DNA of 64,000 nt. It comes from Octopus sinensis. Its lineage: Eukaryota. Positions 1 to 12,436 of the stretch are shown here, piece after piece; the first letter of the stretch is position 1, and each line of letters begins with the position of its first letter. Below the pieces are notes generated by a model. The model was not told the origin of the DNA and did no database searches. It saw only the letters and a list, made by a program, of their open reading frames with translations. The position numbers were made by a program, and so were the translations under genes. The stretch is taken from the NCBI RefSeq assembly GCF_006345805.1, contig NC_043001.1:48546001-48610000 (forward strand), written 5' to 3'.

Positions 1-3000
1 CGCAATCAATGAAACAAAACATAAACGACTTTTTTTTTCCTGTGACTTTTTCTGTCATGTTTTTTTTTCCTAACTTCTGTTTTTCGTGATTATTTTCCTT
101 GGATTTTATTTTTTCGTGTGTCTTCTTGGATTCCTGCTTGGGTGTTATCCGATAGCCGAACATTATTCATATTAATTAATGGATTACTATTTGTCAAATT
201 CTATTAGAGTACATGATGTACTCATTTATTTTCTACCTACGCGTAATCGGACATAGCTATTTTATTTAACACGTACGTTCGCATATACACGTGCGCGCGC
301 TCGTACACACATGCTTATAAACATAACGAGTCAGTCAGAGGTTGCTAGCAATGGAACTTAATACGTGGTCTGTCGATCTTCTTTTGAAATAGCAGTTGTA
401 TTACAGAAAGTAATATGTATTCAATATTGAAAGAAAAAGCATCGTGTATTGTTTCAGTTTCAAATTCTGTCAAAAACTAAATATGGAATTTACAAATATA
501 GACAAAATATAATTTATACAAGTGCAAACCAAACATATTTGTACAATTTATGTATAGGTCCGTCGCTATCCGTTTAATTGACAACATTGAGAACGTCGTT
601 ACTTAGAAAACCATAAAGTCACTTTCACAAATCTTGGAATGTTCTCTTCATTTTTTTTTTTTTTTTAAGGGTGAAAATGTGGCGGGCGTGTTTCGAAATA
701 GGCGCCCATCTCCCATATCTAATGAAAAAGAAAAAGGATTATAAAAGGGTGGGTGGGTATTAAGTAACAAATTAAAAATTTGAGAAAAACTTTTTTTTCT
801 TGTAGGATTGTAAATTCTAAGAAATAAAAAATTAAAAAAACGTTACCCTTTTCCCGAATTCCGTAGAAAATGTGATTCCACCTACTAAATATGCACATGT
901 ATACATATATACATGTGTATAAAACACATACACTTATTGTGCAGAAGCACTGAGAAAGAACGAGTACCATAACTTTATTTACGTTATAGCTTAGATTAAG
1001 TACTACATCAAAGCTTTTCTTACGGAATACCCATTTAATCAGTTGAATATTTTTGCACGGGTATTAACCGAGCCGAAATATCAACCAAATTTCCCCTTCC
1101 CACACATATAATATACTCTAACCATCCTAAAAAAAAAAAAGAAACTGACACGTTAGATAATGTAAACATAAAAAAGACAGCGAGATAGACGGCTGGAAAG
1201 CTGCTGAACAAACGTCTGTCAGATCATGATTGGCCTTGGGTTAAACGACAAACACCCACAGCGACAGCAAATACGGATAGAATGAAATGCACGAGCCAAC
1301 GAGCAAGCCTCTTAATCTACCAGAAATAACAGCCAGATCCTACCTTAGAAGTATACCACATGACTACGTCATATTTTGTGTATTCTCAAAAACATCGGAT
1401 CGCCAAGACGGAGGGTGGATAGCGGCTAAACAACAGTGGTGAATAAATATACACTCTCGCACGTCCATCCACTGTACATACACACCTGTAGCATATAGCT
1501 TTCAACACATGCAGCCTCTTGTGTACTATAAACGACGTTGTAAACAGACGCAACTCGTATATACATACCTTAAATATATGCAATACATGGACATTCCACG
1601 CATACATACGTATATGCATATATTTATATACAGACATATATGTCTGTGTATGTATGGATATGAATATAAACATACATAGCTAATTGTATTTATGCATATA
1701 TATATATATATATATTATATATATGCACGTAGTTGTATATATGCATGTACATGCACGTGTGTGCGCACACGCGTGTATACATAGAGTAAACATGGTGTGT
1801 GCGGACACAGCTATAACGCATACATACACAGACAACATACGTAAATTATCAACGATGGAACCATGACAGCAAAATCAGTTTGTTAGTGACTATTGTAATA
1901 GCGCAAATCTACTGTTATTGCTGTTGTTGCAAAGGCTAGTCACGAGACTATTGCGAATCAAAACTATTTAGGTTCGATCCTTAATGAAGGTCGACAGAAA
2001 CTAAGAAATCTAGTTTATTGCTTTTCTTCTGTCGTCCTCCACCGTTTACGTTGATACTCTCAGTTTGTGTATATCTTTTTCTTCGTTAATAACTCAAATC
2101 CATGTTCCTTGTTCTAATATTTACGTTCTTTTGAATGTATATATATACGCGTGTATGTGTTTGGGTCTTCCACGCTGCATTCTTTAAATTTTGGGCACTT
2201 TATTCCTTTCTCTGTGAATGTATTAACCCCCCCTCGCTTTTTTTTTTTCTTTTTTAAAAACAAAATATCTTTGGAATTTTATTGCATTGAATATCTGAAA
2301 AAAACAAATCTGACCCTGATTAAGGGTTAGGAACTTGACGACGCTCGAGTACTTTTTTTCTGATTTCTTTTCGTATATAAATATCGTTTGCATTTGAACG
2401 CTTTAGTTTCGCTTTCTGAAAATTTGAAATGCTATCATTTCAATTTATTACTGGTAAAAAACGTAATTGTAAATTACAAAAACACTATGCAAACCAAAAT
2501 AGATTTTATTTATATACAAAAGAAAATCACTTTTAATTCTTTTAAATTGCCTAACAATTAGTTTTTAATTATAAAAAAAAAAAAAAGAATCCTTAATAAT
2601 ACTGGGGGTTGATTATTCATTTGATTTAAAAAACTCAAAGCAGTGCCCCAGCATGGCCGCAGTCTAATGGCAAACAAATCAAATATGAATATATTTTAAA
2701 ACATTATAAATTAAAAAATTTACTTGTACTTTGAATTGTTGGTAGATTCTATTTTAAACAAACAATTTAAACGACACTTATATTTTCTAAAAAATTATAT
2801 AAAAATGTGTGGGATTTAAAAAAAAAATCTACGTTAAAACTAAATGCTTAGTTTTTATTTCTATTTGTTTATTTTTGTCCCTTTATTTCGTTGTTTCTTT
2901 AATCCTTTTTAATCTCCTCTTTCATTCTTTATCACGATTTCACTTTCTTTCTATCGTTCTTTTGTTTACGTTATCGTTATTTATTCCTTCGTTCTTTCAT

Positions 3001-4552
3001 ACGGTTTCTTTTCCATATTCTCCTTCCTTTTCGTCCATGTTTTCTCTCATTCTTTCCACCCTCACCACCCCATATATCACCATTTCTCCCATCCATTTTC
3101 TCTATTTACTAACAATGGGATTACATATTATAGCACAGGCGGTGCAGGACTGTCTAGATGCTTCTTTTGCACTATAATATAATCACTGTTCATTAGAGTA
3201 GATGAGTTGACGTCCAACCGGCGTACCACGAGTATTTCGGTCCCAAATCTATACATTTCATTTTCATGTCATGTCCTTAATGTCCTTGAGAGACCCATGA
3301 ACGCCACTCATTCTCACTTCATAGATTCTAAATCTTTGATACAGAAATTATCGTCAGCATTAATCAGTATCACTGCGAAGACGAAGCCCGGCAAGTACAG
3401 TGATGTTAACCGTTTAATTGCTTTTACGGTTTTGTTTTACTTTCATGCCATTAATGTCTCGAGGTCAAATTATTATTAGACATTGTTGTGTGGTTAAGAA
3501 GTTCGCTTCACAACCACGTGGTTCTTGGTTCGATCCCACTGCGCTGTACTTTAAACATGTGTTTTATATCCTAGCCTCGGATTGAAATTGGTTCACGGAA
3601 ATTGTGCAAATGGTAGTAGTGTGTGTATGTTTGTGTCTATAAATATATGTAGGATATCCCGGGATTTATACTCCGAAACAATATTTTAATATGAAACAGT
3701 TTGCTTGATGCCTTAATGCGTGTAGAAATATATAGGTTATTAAAAAAGTTAAGAGGAAATAAAGTCCCGAGGTTACGAATTAGGATTTAGGACCAGTAGT
3801 AAGGTTACGGTTAAAGTTTTTTATTTTCAATTAAAAATTTTCTATGAAACGGAGATCATAATGTTGAGCGTTCTAAACAGCGAATAATACTCCTTTTTTT
3901 TTTTAATTCCTGTTTTCAAAAACTTTCCAATCCAGTGGTGACCATCCTGTTTTCATTAACACAGTATAGTGCTATGTCCCTACTTGTTCTTCGTAACTAG
4001 TAAAATAATGCCTTTTTGGGTTTTTGCATGTGCTATAGAATCAACTTATTTTCGATTATGATAATTGTCTGGTTGAGTAGCTTTAACCCCAGTATGCACA
4101 CACGCTAGGTGGGACTTGTCGATAAAATATATGCTAGTAATTTATATTAGGATGGTTAAGAAGTTCGTTTCACAACCACGTTGTCCCTCGTTCAACCTCC
4201 CTGCGTGGTGTTCTTATGCAAGTATTATTTTCTGTAGCTTCGGGTCGACCTCTTTCTTAATAAGTGAAACTGGGTTAACGGTAACTGTGGAGAAGCCCAT
4301 CAAATAGATTGTCCCTACAACTCAAAATACAACTTAGTCTCACACCACTCTCATACTGTGTCATGCTGATTCTTGTCCGACAATTATGTTAAGGTTACGC
4401 GTGTCTGTAAAATGATTAGCCACTTACACTTGAGATAATTCAGTTGATTGCACATTTGGATTCTCATTGTCAAACGACGGAGATCCCTCTACCAAAATAG
4501 TCGTGTACCTCGTCTAAGTGGGACGGTAAAGGGGTATGTTATACTTTGTGCT

Positions 4553-5962
4553 TTTCAGTCATTAGACTGGAGCACCGCCTTGAAGGGTTGTTTAGACTAA
4601 GAAATTGACTTAATCTACCGTTCCTTTTTGCCGAACCGCTATGTTATGGGGACGTAAACAGACCAACACCAAACGGTGGAGAGGGGGCTCACACACAAAC
4701 GACGGGCTGCTTCCACTGATTCTGTCTGAAATTTACTCACAAGCTATAGGTAGGCCTGGGGCCATTATAGTAGAAAAGGCGGTTAATGTTGACATTATTA
4801 CCCGAAAACGAAATCGAAAAAGCAATAGTAACGGATGTAAAAAAAACGTGTAGGAAACGAATATGAAAACAAAAATATACCCGGAAAGCAACGGGGGTGG
4901 GTGAAGTGAGGAAAGACCTTTGGAAAATTCAAAAGATCCGATGTTTTTCCCTTATAACTTTTAGGAAAAAGGGTTTTTTTTTTAAATAAAATTTTATATG
5001 AATACTTTTCAAGCGGTATAGATTACAATTATAAAGAAATTTCTGGGGAAATCTTTTCCGAGGGGTGGGGAGGGCTTCGGAAAATTCCTAAGATTCGACG
5101 TTTTTCCCTCGTAACTTTGAGGAAAATCGATATCTTTCTAGTTCACACCCACTTAGGAAACGAATCTGAAAACAAAAATGCGCGGAAAGCAACGGGGGTG
5201 GGGAACTTCGGGAAATTCACAAGATCCGAGTTTTATCCCTCGTAACATTGAGGAAAATATAATCCTTTTGAAATCGCAAATTAGGCATTTCCTCAGCAAC
5301 ATGGATTCTAAACATCCCTTTGAACAGTTTTGGTCCTTCTACTATATATATACATGTGTGTGTGTATAATGTATATATAGTAGGACCTGAACCCTTCAAA
5401 GGAATGTTTAGCGTCCAAGTTCCTGAGGAAAAGCCTAATTTGCGATTTCAAAAGGAATATATTTTCCTCAAAGTTACGTGGGAAAAACTCGGATCTTGTG
5501 AAACTTGTGAATTTTCCGAAGTACTCCCCCCCCCCCGTTGCTTTCCGCGCATTTTTGTTTTCAGATTCCTACGTGTAGGTGTGAAGTAGAAAGATTTCGA
5601 TTTTCCTCAGTTACAAGGGAAAACATCGGATCTTGTGAATTTTCCGAAGTCCTCCCCACTTCTCGGAAAAGATTTCCTCCACAAATTTCTTTATAATCGT
5701 AATCTATACCGTTTGAAAAGTATTTATATAAAATTACATTGAAAAAAAAATAAACATTTTCCTAAAAGTTCTGAGGGAAAAACATTGGATCTTGTGAATT
5801 TTTTCATATTCGTTTCCTAAACCTTTTTTTAAAATTTTATTTTTTACACCGGTTGCACTATTTCGATTCCGAGTAATAATAGCAACATTAACCGAAAAGG
5901 CTTGCAGTTGGACGGAACCCGTAACACGTGGCTGCAAAGCGAACTTCTCGACCACACAGTCA
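4553..5962 (-). mobile_element. tRNA-derived SINE family A copy, split by a foldback MITE
   Basis: Matches the other family-A copies (ttcagtcatt..ggagcaccgcctt..ttttgccgaaccgct..ggggacgtaaaca..atagtagaa, then ttgc..gaaccc..accacacag). It is interrupted at 4781-5893. Confidence 0.65.
4781..5893. mobile_element. ~1.1-kb foldback MITE with 8-bp TSD (Merlin-like)
   Basis: Ends GGTTAATGTTG...CAACATTAACC, with identical flanking GAAAAGGC at 4773-4780 and 5894-5901. The arms are inverted copies around a centre near 5365 and carry internal sub-repeats (gaaaattcacaagatccga..taactttgaggaaaa). Confidence 0.85.
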
Positions 5963-6210
5963 CATTTCCACCAACATGTGTATATCACTTAATATTTTTA
6001 ATAACCCACAGAACACAAAAACTTCACATTTCACTAGGAATGGATTAAACACAGTGATATGAGAACCAGTAATTATTTACTGAACATCCCTCATTAAATC
6101 GATTACATTTGCACTATCATTTAACTTTCTCACCTGTTGTAGGAAGAGGTACAGGGGAATTAATCCGCATAATTTTTACATGTGGCACAAACGGAACAAA
6201 TATAATTATT

Positions 6211-6570
6211 CTTTTACTCTTTTACTTGTTTCAGTCATTTGACTGTGACCATGCTGGAGCACCGCCTTTAGTCGATGGAGCAAATCGACCCCAGGACTTA
6301 TTCTTTGTAAGCCTAGTACTAATTCTATCGGAGTTTTTTGCCGAACCGCTAAGTTACGGGGACGTAAACACACCAGCATCAGTTGGGGGAGGGGGGACAA
6401 ACACAGACGCACACACATATATACATATATACGACGGACTTCTTTCAGTTTCCGTCTACCAAATACACTCACAAGGCTATAATAGAAGACAAGGTGCCAC
6501 GCAGTGGGACTGAACCCAGAACCATGTAGTTCGTAAGCAAGCTACTTACCACAGACCCACTTCTACGCCT
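6211..6570 (-). mobile_element. SINE family A
   Basis: Reverse complement of the family-A sequence seen at 39342 and 50958. The tRNA-like head is at the right end and the (aaagagt)n-like tail at the left. Confidence 0.8.
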
Positions 6571-6581
6571 ATATTCTTCGT

Positions 6582-6788
6582 AAATTTAGCACAAGGTCGG
6601 CAATTTTTAGGGGAGGGGGAAAATCAATTACATTGTTCCCAGTACTTAACTGATACTTACTATCCAGCCCGAAAGGATGAAAGCAAAGTCGACCCCCGGC
6701 GGAATCTGAGTTCAGAATATCAAGAGTAGGAAGACATACTACTTTTATCTCCGACGCGCAAACAATCCTGCCAACTCTCCCCACCTTG
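6582..6788 (-). mobile_element. SINE family B (Deu/Nin-like core)
   Basis: cccgaaaggatgaaagcaaagtcgacc..ggcggaat is the reverse complement of the family-B core. Confidence 0.7.
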
Positions 6789-7021
6789 AATACCTAATAC
6801 TATGGTAATGGTTCCTAATCTTGGTATAAGGCACGCAACTTTCAGAAGTGGATATATAATTATCATTGATCTCCTTAGGGTATATGATACTTTATTTTTT
6901 ATCGACTCCTGAGTAACGAAAAGCAAAGTTTACCATGGTGGAATTTGAACTACAATATATATAAAAGCCACTGCAAATATCTTCAAGTATTTTCCCATCT
7001 TCTAACAATTCTGCCACTCAC

Positions 7022-7355
7022 TAAGGTAAAGATTAAAGATCCCCTTAGATTATTAATGACCATAAGATTACACCTAGAAAGTTACCCTCTAAGGCACAAG
7101 TCCGGGCAAGGTTTATGGAAGACCAGCAGTCGCCCATCCGTATCAACCTCCCCTCGTCACCGATGTTATTCAAGGGAAAGGAAAAGGCCGATACAGCTTG
7201 GCACCAGTGACGTCGCAACTAGTTTTTTACAGCTGAGTGAACTGGAACAACGCGAAATAAAGTGTCTTGTTCAAGAACGCAACATACAGCCCAGTCCTGG
7301 AATCGAACTCACTACCTCATGATTGTGAGCCCGACGCTCTAACCACTGAGCCATG
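7022..7355 (-). mobile_element. SINE family C (RTE-type tail)
   Basis: The reverse complement starts catggctcagtggttagagcgtcgggctcacaatcatgaggtagtgagttcgattcc (A and B boxes) and is collinear with 62615-62955. Confidence 0.8.
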
Positions 7356-7829
7356 TGTTTTTCAAACTAATTAAATAATAACTGTTTCGAACATAGGCAG
7401 GAAACTTGAAAATTAGAAGAGTGGGCCAGTCGATTAAATCAGGTCAAGTATTTGACTGGTTCTTTATTTTATCGACCCCGTAAGGTTGAATTGTAAGGAC
7501 GACTTCGACAGCATTGAAACGTAAAGCAAACCTCGGCGGGATTTGAATTCAGGTCGTAAAAAAGTCCTAGACGCCATAAGACATGATATCCGACTTTCTA
7601 ACGACTGTGTCCAATAATAATAGTTATTATTTCCAAAATGTGAACGAATTAGAAAAAGTAAAGAAAAATGTTAGAAAGTTTTACACAGAAATTCGATGAC
7701 AGAAAAAATAGAAATGTCATACAAGGAATCTCACGGACCCAAAATTACCCTGACCGCCAAAGGTAAATGCTCTCTTGGCTGTCAATACCTCGGCCTACCT
7801 GCGCAAACCGAGAATATACCCGTGCTTGC

Positions 7830-8430
7830 AATTTCTCACTTCTCTTTCAAAAAGTGCTACTTTAAGGCATCAAATTCTTCTCTGCGTTCACTTTCATCTC
7901 GAAATTTGAAAAAGTCGATGAGGGACTAACCATCCTCGGTGCTTTCAATCATGCCATACCTTTTCCACTACGGCTATGAAATGGAGGAAATCTTTCTGCT
8001 CTTGGTCAAAAGATGACAGGCGATCTTCACGGCGGACTTGCCCGATAGCTGATTCTGTCTCTTTCACCCTCAAACCAGTTTTTAGACACTAAACGATTGC
8101 ATGCAGAGATTCGTCATTCTGCATGTTTCTCGGACAAGCCTAGTTGACAGTTTATCTCTAGCTCGCAATGTTTCCTCCCGATCCGTGTAGCACTCAGGCC
8201 AAGATATTAATTTCCTCCAAACTAAAGACTGTTACTTCTTCGCGAAGCCCTGAGTTTTTTTTTTTCTTTTTTCTGACAACTTCGTCGCTGCTGTACATCA
8301 TTATAGCTCTATAGAAAGTTAACATGGAACTTCCGCTGACTACATTGCCCGACTGGTAGAAAGCCATGAGCACCTGACAGCATTTCAGATACCTGACACT
8401 CAGACTTGCTCTTTCCATTAATCTAAGACT
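7830..8430 (-). pseudogene. Decayed L1/Tx1-like LINE ORF2 C-terminal region (zinc-binding RT-associated motif)
   Basis: Minus-strand translation gives CMQNDESLHAIV*C (a C..E..H...C motif), then FLHFIAVVEKVW and G*SLIDFFKF. The upstream ORF 8194-8418 (CCQVLMAFYQSGNVVSGSSMLTFYRAI) resembles the preceding ORF2 segment. Many stops and indels. Confidence 0.55.
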
Positions 8431-8609
8431 GCAGCTCCGACAGTGACAAACTGACAGAAGGTTTCTACAGGCCTGTTGACATTGTGTACACTATCTTGAT
8501 ACGATTACGCCATGTCTATTCTGCTACATTTGGAAAATCCTGTCAGTTCCTGCCAGTCAGATGAAACTGTCTAAGTAACCTTGTGAGGCTTCTACACTTC
8601 CTCTTACCG

Positions 8610-10560
8610 ACTACGTCCAAATAATCCTAATGTGCGTTAAAGATACAATCCCAGCTTCCCCTTGTATTCAAGAGCAAGAAGGAAGAAGTGGCTCGATATA
8701 CACTTAGAACGGTGCGGCAGAAGCACAAACTGTATAGACATTGGTTGCAGACCGACAATCGGCAAGATTATCTGGCCTACATCAGGAGCAGAAATAAACC
8801 GACAGAGGTATGCCGTAAAGCAAAGAAGAAATTAGAGGAAATGGTAGCAACACAAGCCAAGACCAACCCGAAGTCATTTTGGTCATACGTGAAGTCAAAG
8901 TCGAAATCAAAGACTGGTACTGCAGACTTGAAAAGAAGTGATGGTTCTAAGACAACCACAGACAAAGAGAAAGCCGATCTGCTGAACACTTTCTTTCAGA
9001 GTGTCTTCACTGTAGAGAAGGAAGGCGATCTACCAGACATGCCGGATACACGTATGACACAAAGCTATGGAAAAAGTTCACAAGCAGCTGACAAGCCTGA
9101 AGATTGTCAAGGCTCCAGGACCGGATGGAATTAGCCCACGCATACTTTCCGATCTATCGAATGTACTCGCTCTGCCAATCACAACTGCTAACGTCACCCT
9201 CATATTCAAGAAAGGGAGCCATTTTGCGGTCAACAACTATAGGCCAGTAAGCTTGACTTGCGTACTGTGCAAGGTGATGGAGGTGCTTGCTCGTAAGCAC
9301 ATTGAACACCTGCGGCGAAACGATCTCATCAACCAAGAACAGCATGGGTTCACAAAGGGGAGATCATGTGACGCAACTGCTTGACGTTCTTGACAACTGG
9401 ACGGCTTTTGATGCAAGGGGAGTCGATGCGATCTACATGGATTACATGAAAGCGTTCGACAGCGTCCCACATCGTAGGCTTGTATCCAAAGTAGAATCTC
9501 ACGGTTTCAAGGGAAATGCCCTTCAGTGGATCCAGGACTTCTTGAGCCACCGGTCACGAGTCTGTGTCAACGGGATGAAGTCAGAGAGGAGAGAGGTGAC
9601 AAATGGCATCCCACAAGGCAGTGTCATTGCCCCAGTACTGTTTCTCATGTATATAAACGATCTGCTTCGGAATGTCCAGAGCCACGTCAGGTTATTTGCT
9701 GACGATACAGAAAATCTTCGCAAGGAATGACATTGATGTGACCATGGCAACGCTGTAAGACGACCTGAATCGCCTTCACAAGTGGTCGACGAACTGGCAA
9801 ATGCGGTTCCATCCTGAGAAGTGTTCCGTCTTGAGAGTGGGGAACTCGAAGACGGACAGGAAATACTACATGAGAGGCCAGGATACACAGGGGGAACGGA
9901 CTGTGGTGGAGGAGGATCTTGGCGTCTTGATCGACAAAGAGCTGACCTTCAGGAACCACATAAACCAAGCAACTGCAAAAGCAAATCGAATCCTTGGAGT
10001 CATCCGACGATCATTTGACTTCATCACCCCTGTTGTCTTCGTCCAGCTGTACAAGTCTCTGGTTCACCCGATTCTTGAATATGGACACACAGTTTGGCAA
10101 CCCCAGCATAAGGCAATGTGTTGCGAGTTGGAGGATGTTCAGAAGTGTGCCACCAAACTCATTGCATCCTTGAAAGAAAAGCCGTACCCAGAGCGCTTGG
10201 CTACACTAAACCTACCTAGTCTCGAACATCGCCGCGTCGGGCGATATGATCAACATGTATATAAGTATACGCACGGCCTGTACCTAACCAACCGCCCCAA
10301 TTCAACTACTTCCAAGGTAGAAATACGAGAGGAGACAGCCTGAAATTGGAAAGATCACACTGCAGACTCAACATTAGAAGCTGCTTTTTCGTACAACGTG
10401 TGACTGCCACCTGGAACAGTCTGCCAAACAGTGTGGTCGCAGTTCCATCAGTCAATGCCTTCAAGAACAGGCTTGACGCACAAAAATTTGGCAAAATTCT
10501 TCCTGCAAAATTTGACCCTGTCTGTTACTATTAGCTACAACTGTCGAAGTGGTGTACCAC
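8610..10560 (+). mobile_element. 5'-truncated, frameshifted CR1-clade LINE (reverse transcriptase ORF2 pseudogene)
   Basis: Consecutive ORF pieces carry KAPGPDGI, NYRPVSLT, QHGFTKGRSC, YMDYMKAFDSVPH, GIPQGSVIAPVLFLMYINDL, LFADDT, EEDLGVLID, ILEYGHTVWQP and FFVQRVTATWNSLP. They are broken by several frameshifts. Confidence 0.93.
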
Positions 10561-11527
10561 ACATGACAAATTAATTGTACTAGTGGAAAAGGACCTGTGA
10601 ACAAACTCCTATGAGCTTCAACACGGAAAACATCCAGTATCCAGAAACGTTACCAATAACACTTCTAGACGTCCGAAATATGGCTGCATTGCCTTAGTTC
10701 ACGAATAAAGGCTATTTGTTTGAAGCTACCACTTAGTCGAATTCCAAGCTATTCACAATCAGTTCTTTAGGATATATTTAGTAAATGTAAAGAAACGACG
10801 TAATATTATCTTTTTATGTCGTATAACCTGGCCGCTGTCTGTTTACGATGGTTCTGAACTATAGTAGAGAATTTTGCGGTTACGGTCGTAATGTGATGAC
10901 GTCACTAGAAATGTTAATTAAAATACTTAATTTCATTGGTACACAAACACATACTCTTACGCACGCACCCACGTACACATTCCGTCGATCGCTACTCGCT
11001 GTTAACATTTACTGTTTTTCGTATTTTCGCGGTGAAACGGGAAGAAAACACAGAACTGAGTATGTCGCTCCGGACAGTAGCCTTAACTTCAAATAAATGT
11101 ATAAACTATAAATATATTATACTAAGGATTTTACCACCCTAACCCCGTTTGTAAAACCATGCGCGCGAGAGAGACTGTTTACACAATTTGCTAACGTGAA
11201 TCAATCATCATCAGCCGTGACGCAATCTTTTTGCGTTTTCTTTCCTTTCTTGATCAGATAATGTCGGCAATATCCAAGCAGACTTGTCAAATAGACAAAT
11301 TAAAAAAAAAAAGAAAAAATTCTTTCATATTCCTGTTTTAAACAACATGGAGATTATTGTTTTGTTTCACTCCCTCCGCGTTGTAGCAAAAAACAAAATG
11401 CTTTTCAAATGTTTGCCCCCCCCCTATTGTTTTAAAATAATTTCTTTTCGATTTTATTCCATATTTGTATTCCAAATACGGCGATCATAAACAAGCTTTT
11501 TTCCTTTAAAATTTCAATTTTTTAAAA

Positions 11528-11730
11528 CTCTTTAGCGTTTAAACCAACCATGTCAGGCCCAAATAATATTTTATCTTCAAACCACCCAGATCCAATCTCT
11601 CACGCCTACCTTACAATGTCACTCTAAAAATAATCGCATCATCTTAACTTCAAGGCTACGAAATAATGCGTAATTTAATTCAAAACAGTATAAACATTAC
11701 ATTTGTTAGAGTAATCTGAATACTAAATAG
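11528..11730. mobile_element. TTAA-type (piggyBac-like) MITE, family 1
   Basis: ctctttagcgtttaaacc...gtaatctgaatactaaatag followed by TTAA. Homologous to 49592-49812, 62458-63019 and 63024-63244. Confidence 0.65.
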
Positions 11731-12160
11731 TTAAATACCGATTGCTTACGATAATTCTCCACTTAAAATTTTGTGGTCGTAAACCGAAAGAAAACCAATA
11801 TTTTAGTAGAGGTCCACAATAAAAGATCGGTAGAGCGACGTCGTATTTAGTCACTTTTTTTTCATTTTTAACGTTATCAGTTTAATATGTCCGGAGTCGA
11901 TAAAATAAGAACTAATCATATAAATACTTGTGTTGACTCATTCGACGGTGAGCTTTACTCAGGATGTATGATTATGTGTCATCGACGTTAAAGATCATTT
12001 ATGATCTCCAGCTTTGTATGATGTTCACTTTGTATGATGTTCATTCACCCAGCAGAATCATGATTAGCGCAAGGTGTGTGTGTGTGTAATAAGAAGGAGC
12101 TGTGTACATATCAGACAGCCACGCACTCACACTCTTATCTACATTCTTAATAAAAATATG

Positions 12161-12436
12161 GGTACTACTTCAGAAGAGTGGTCCCGGTGCGCGCACTTGC
12201 GTTAGCTAGTCGTGACTAGTCGATCCTACAACGACTACCTAGCAAAGTAAATAAAACACAAAATAATTTTTTTACACAAATAATTTTTTAAAACAAAGTA
12301 AATAAAACACAAAAACACAAAGTAAATAATTTTTTTAACAAAGTAAATTAAACACAAAGTAAGGATCGACTAGTCACGACTAGCTAGCGCGAGTACGCGA
12401 GTGCGTGCACCGGGACCACTCTTCTTAAGTAGTACC
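12161..12436. mobile_element. 276-bp MITE with ~65-75-bp TIRs and 8-bp TSD (Merlin-like)
   Basis: TIRs GGTACTACTTcAGAAGAGTGGTCCCGGTGC... and ...GCACCGGGACCACTCTTCTtAAGTAGTACC. TSD AAAATATG at 12153-12160 and 12437-12444. The centre is made of acaaagtaaataaaacac repeats. Confidence 0.9.

Noticed and set aside
2809-3177. Hydrophobic ORFs resembling membrane proteins (also 60484-60823, 63488-63803, 41733-41921)
   Set aside because: Translations of T/C-rich or trinucleotide low-complexity DNA.
5178-5589. Similar ORFs on opposite strands (63, 60 and 89 aa)
   Set aside because: Artefact of the palindromic foldback element.
6109-6513. Recurrent ORFs with LKAVLQHGHSQMTETSK or ASFSFRLPNPLTR motifs (also 35170, 39269, 39575, 50923, 51175)
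   Set aside because: Translations of SINE family A, not a protein family.
10970-11150. Half of a possible TIR element ending in ccctaacccc
   Set aside because: No partner TIR or TSD found, so its boundaries cannot be supported.
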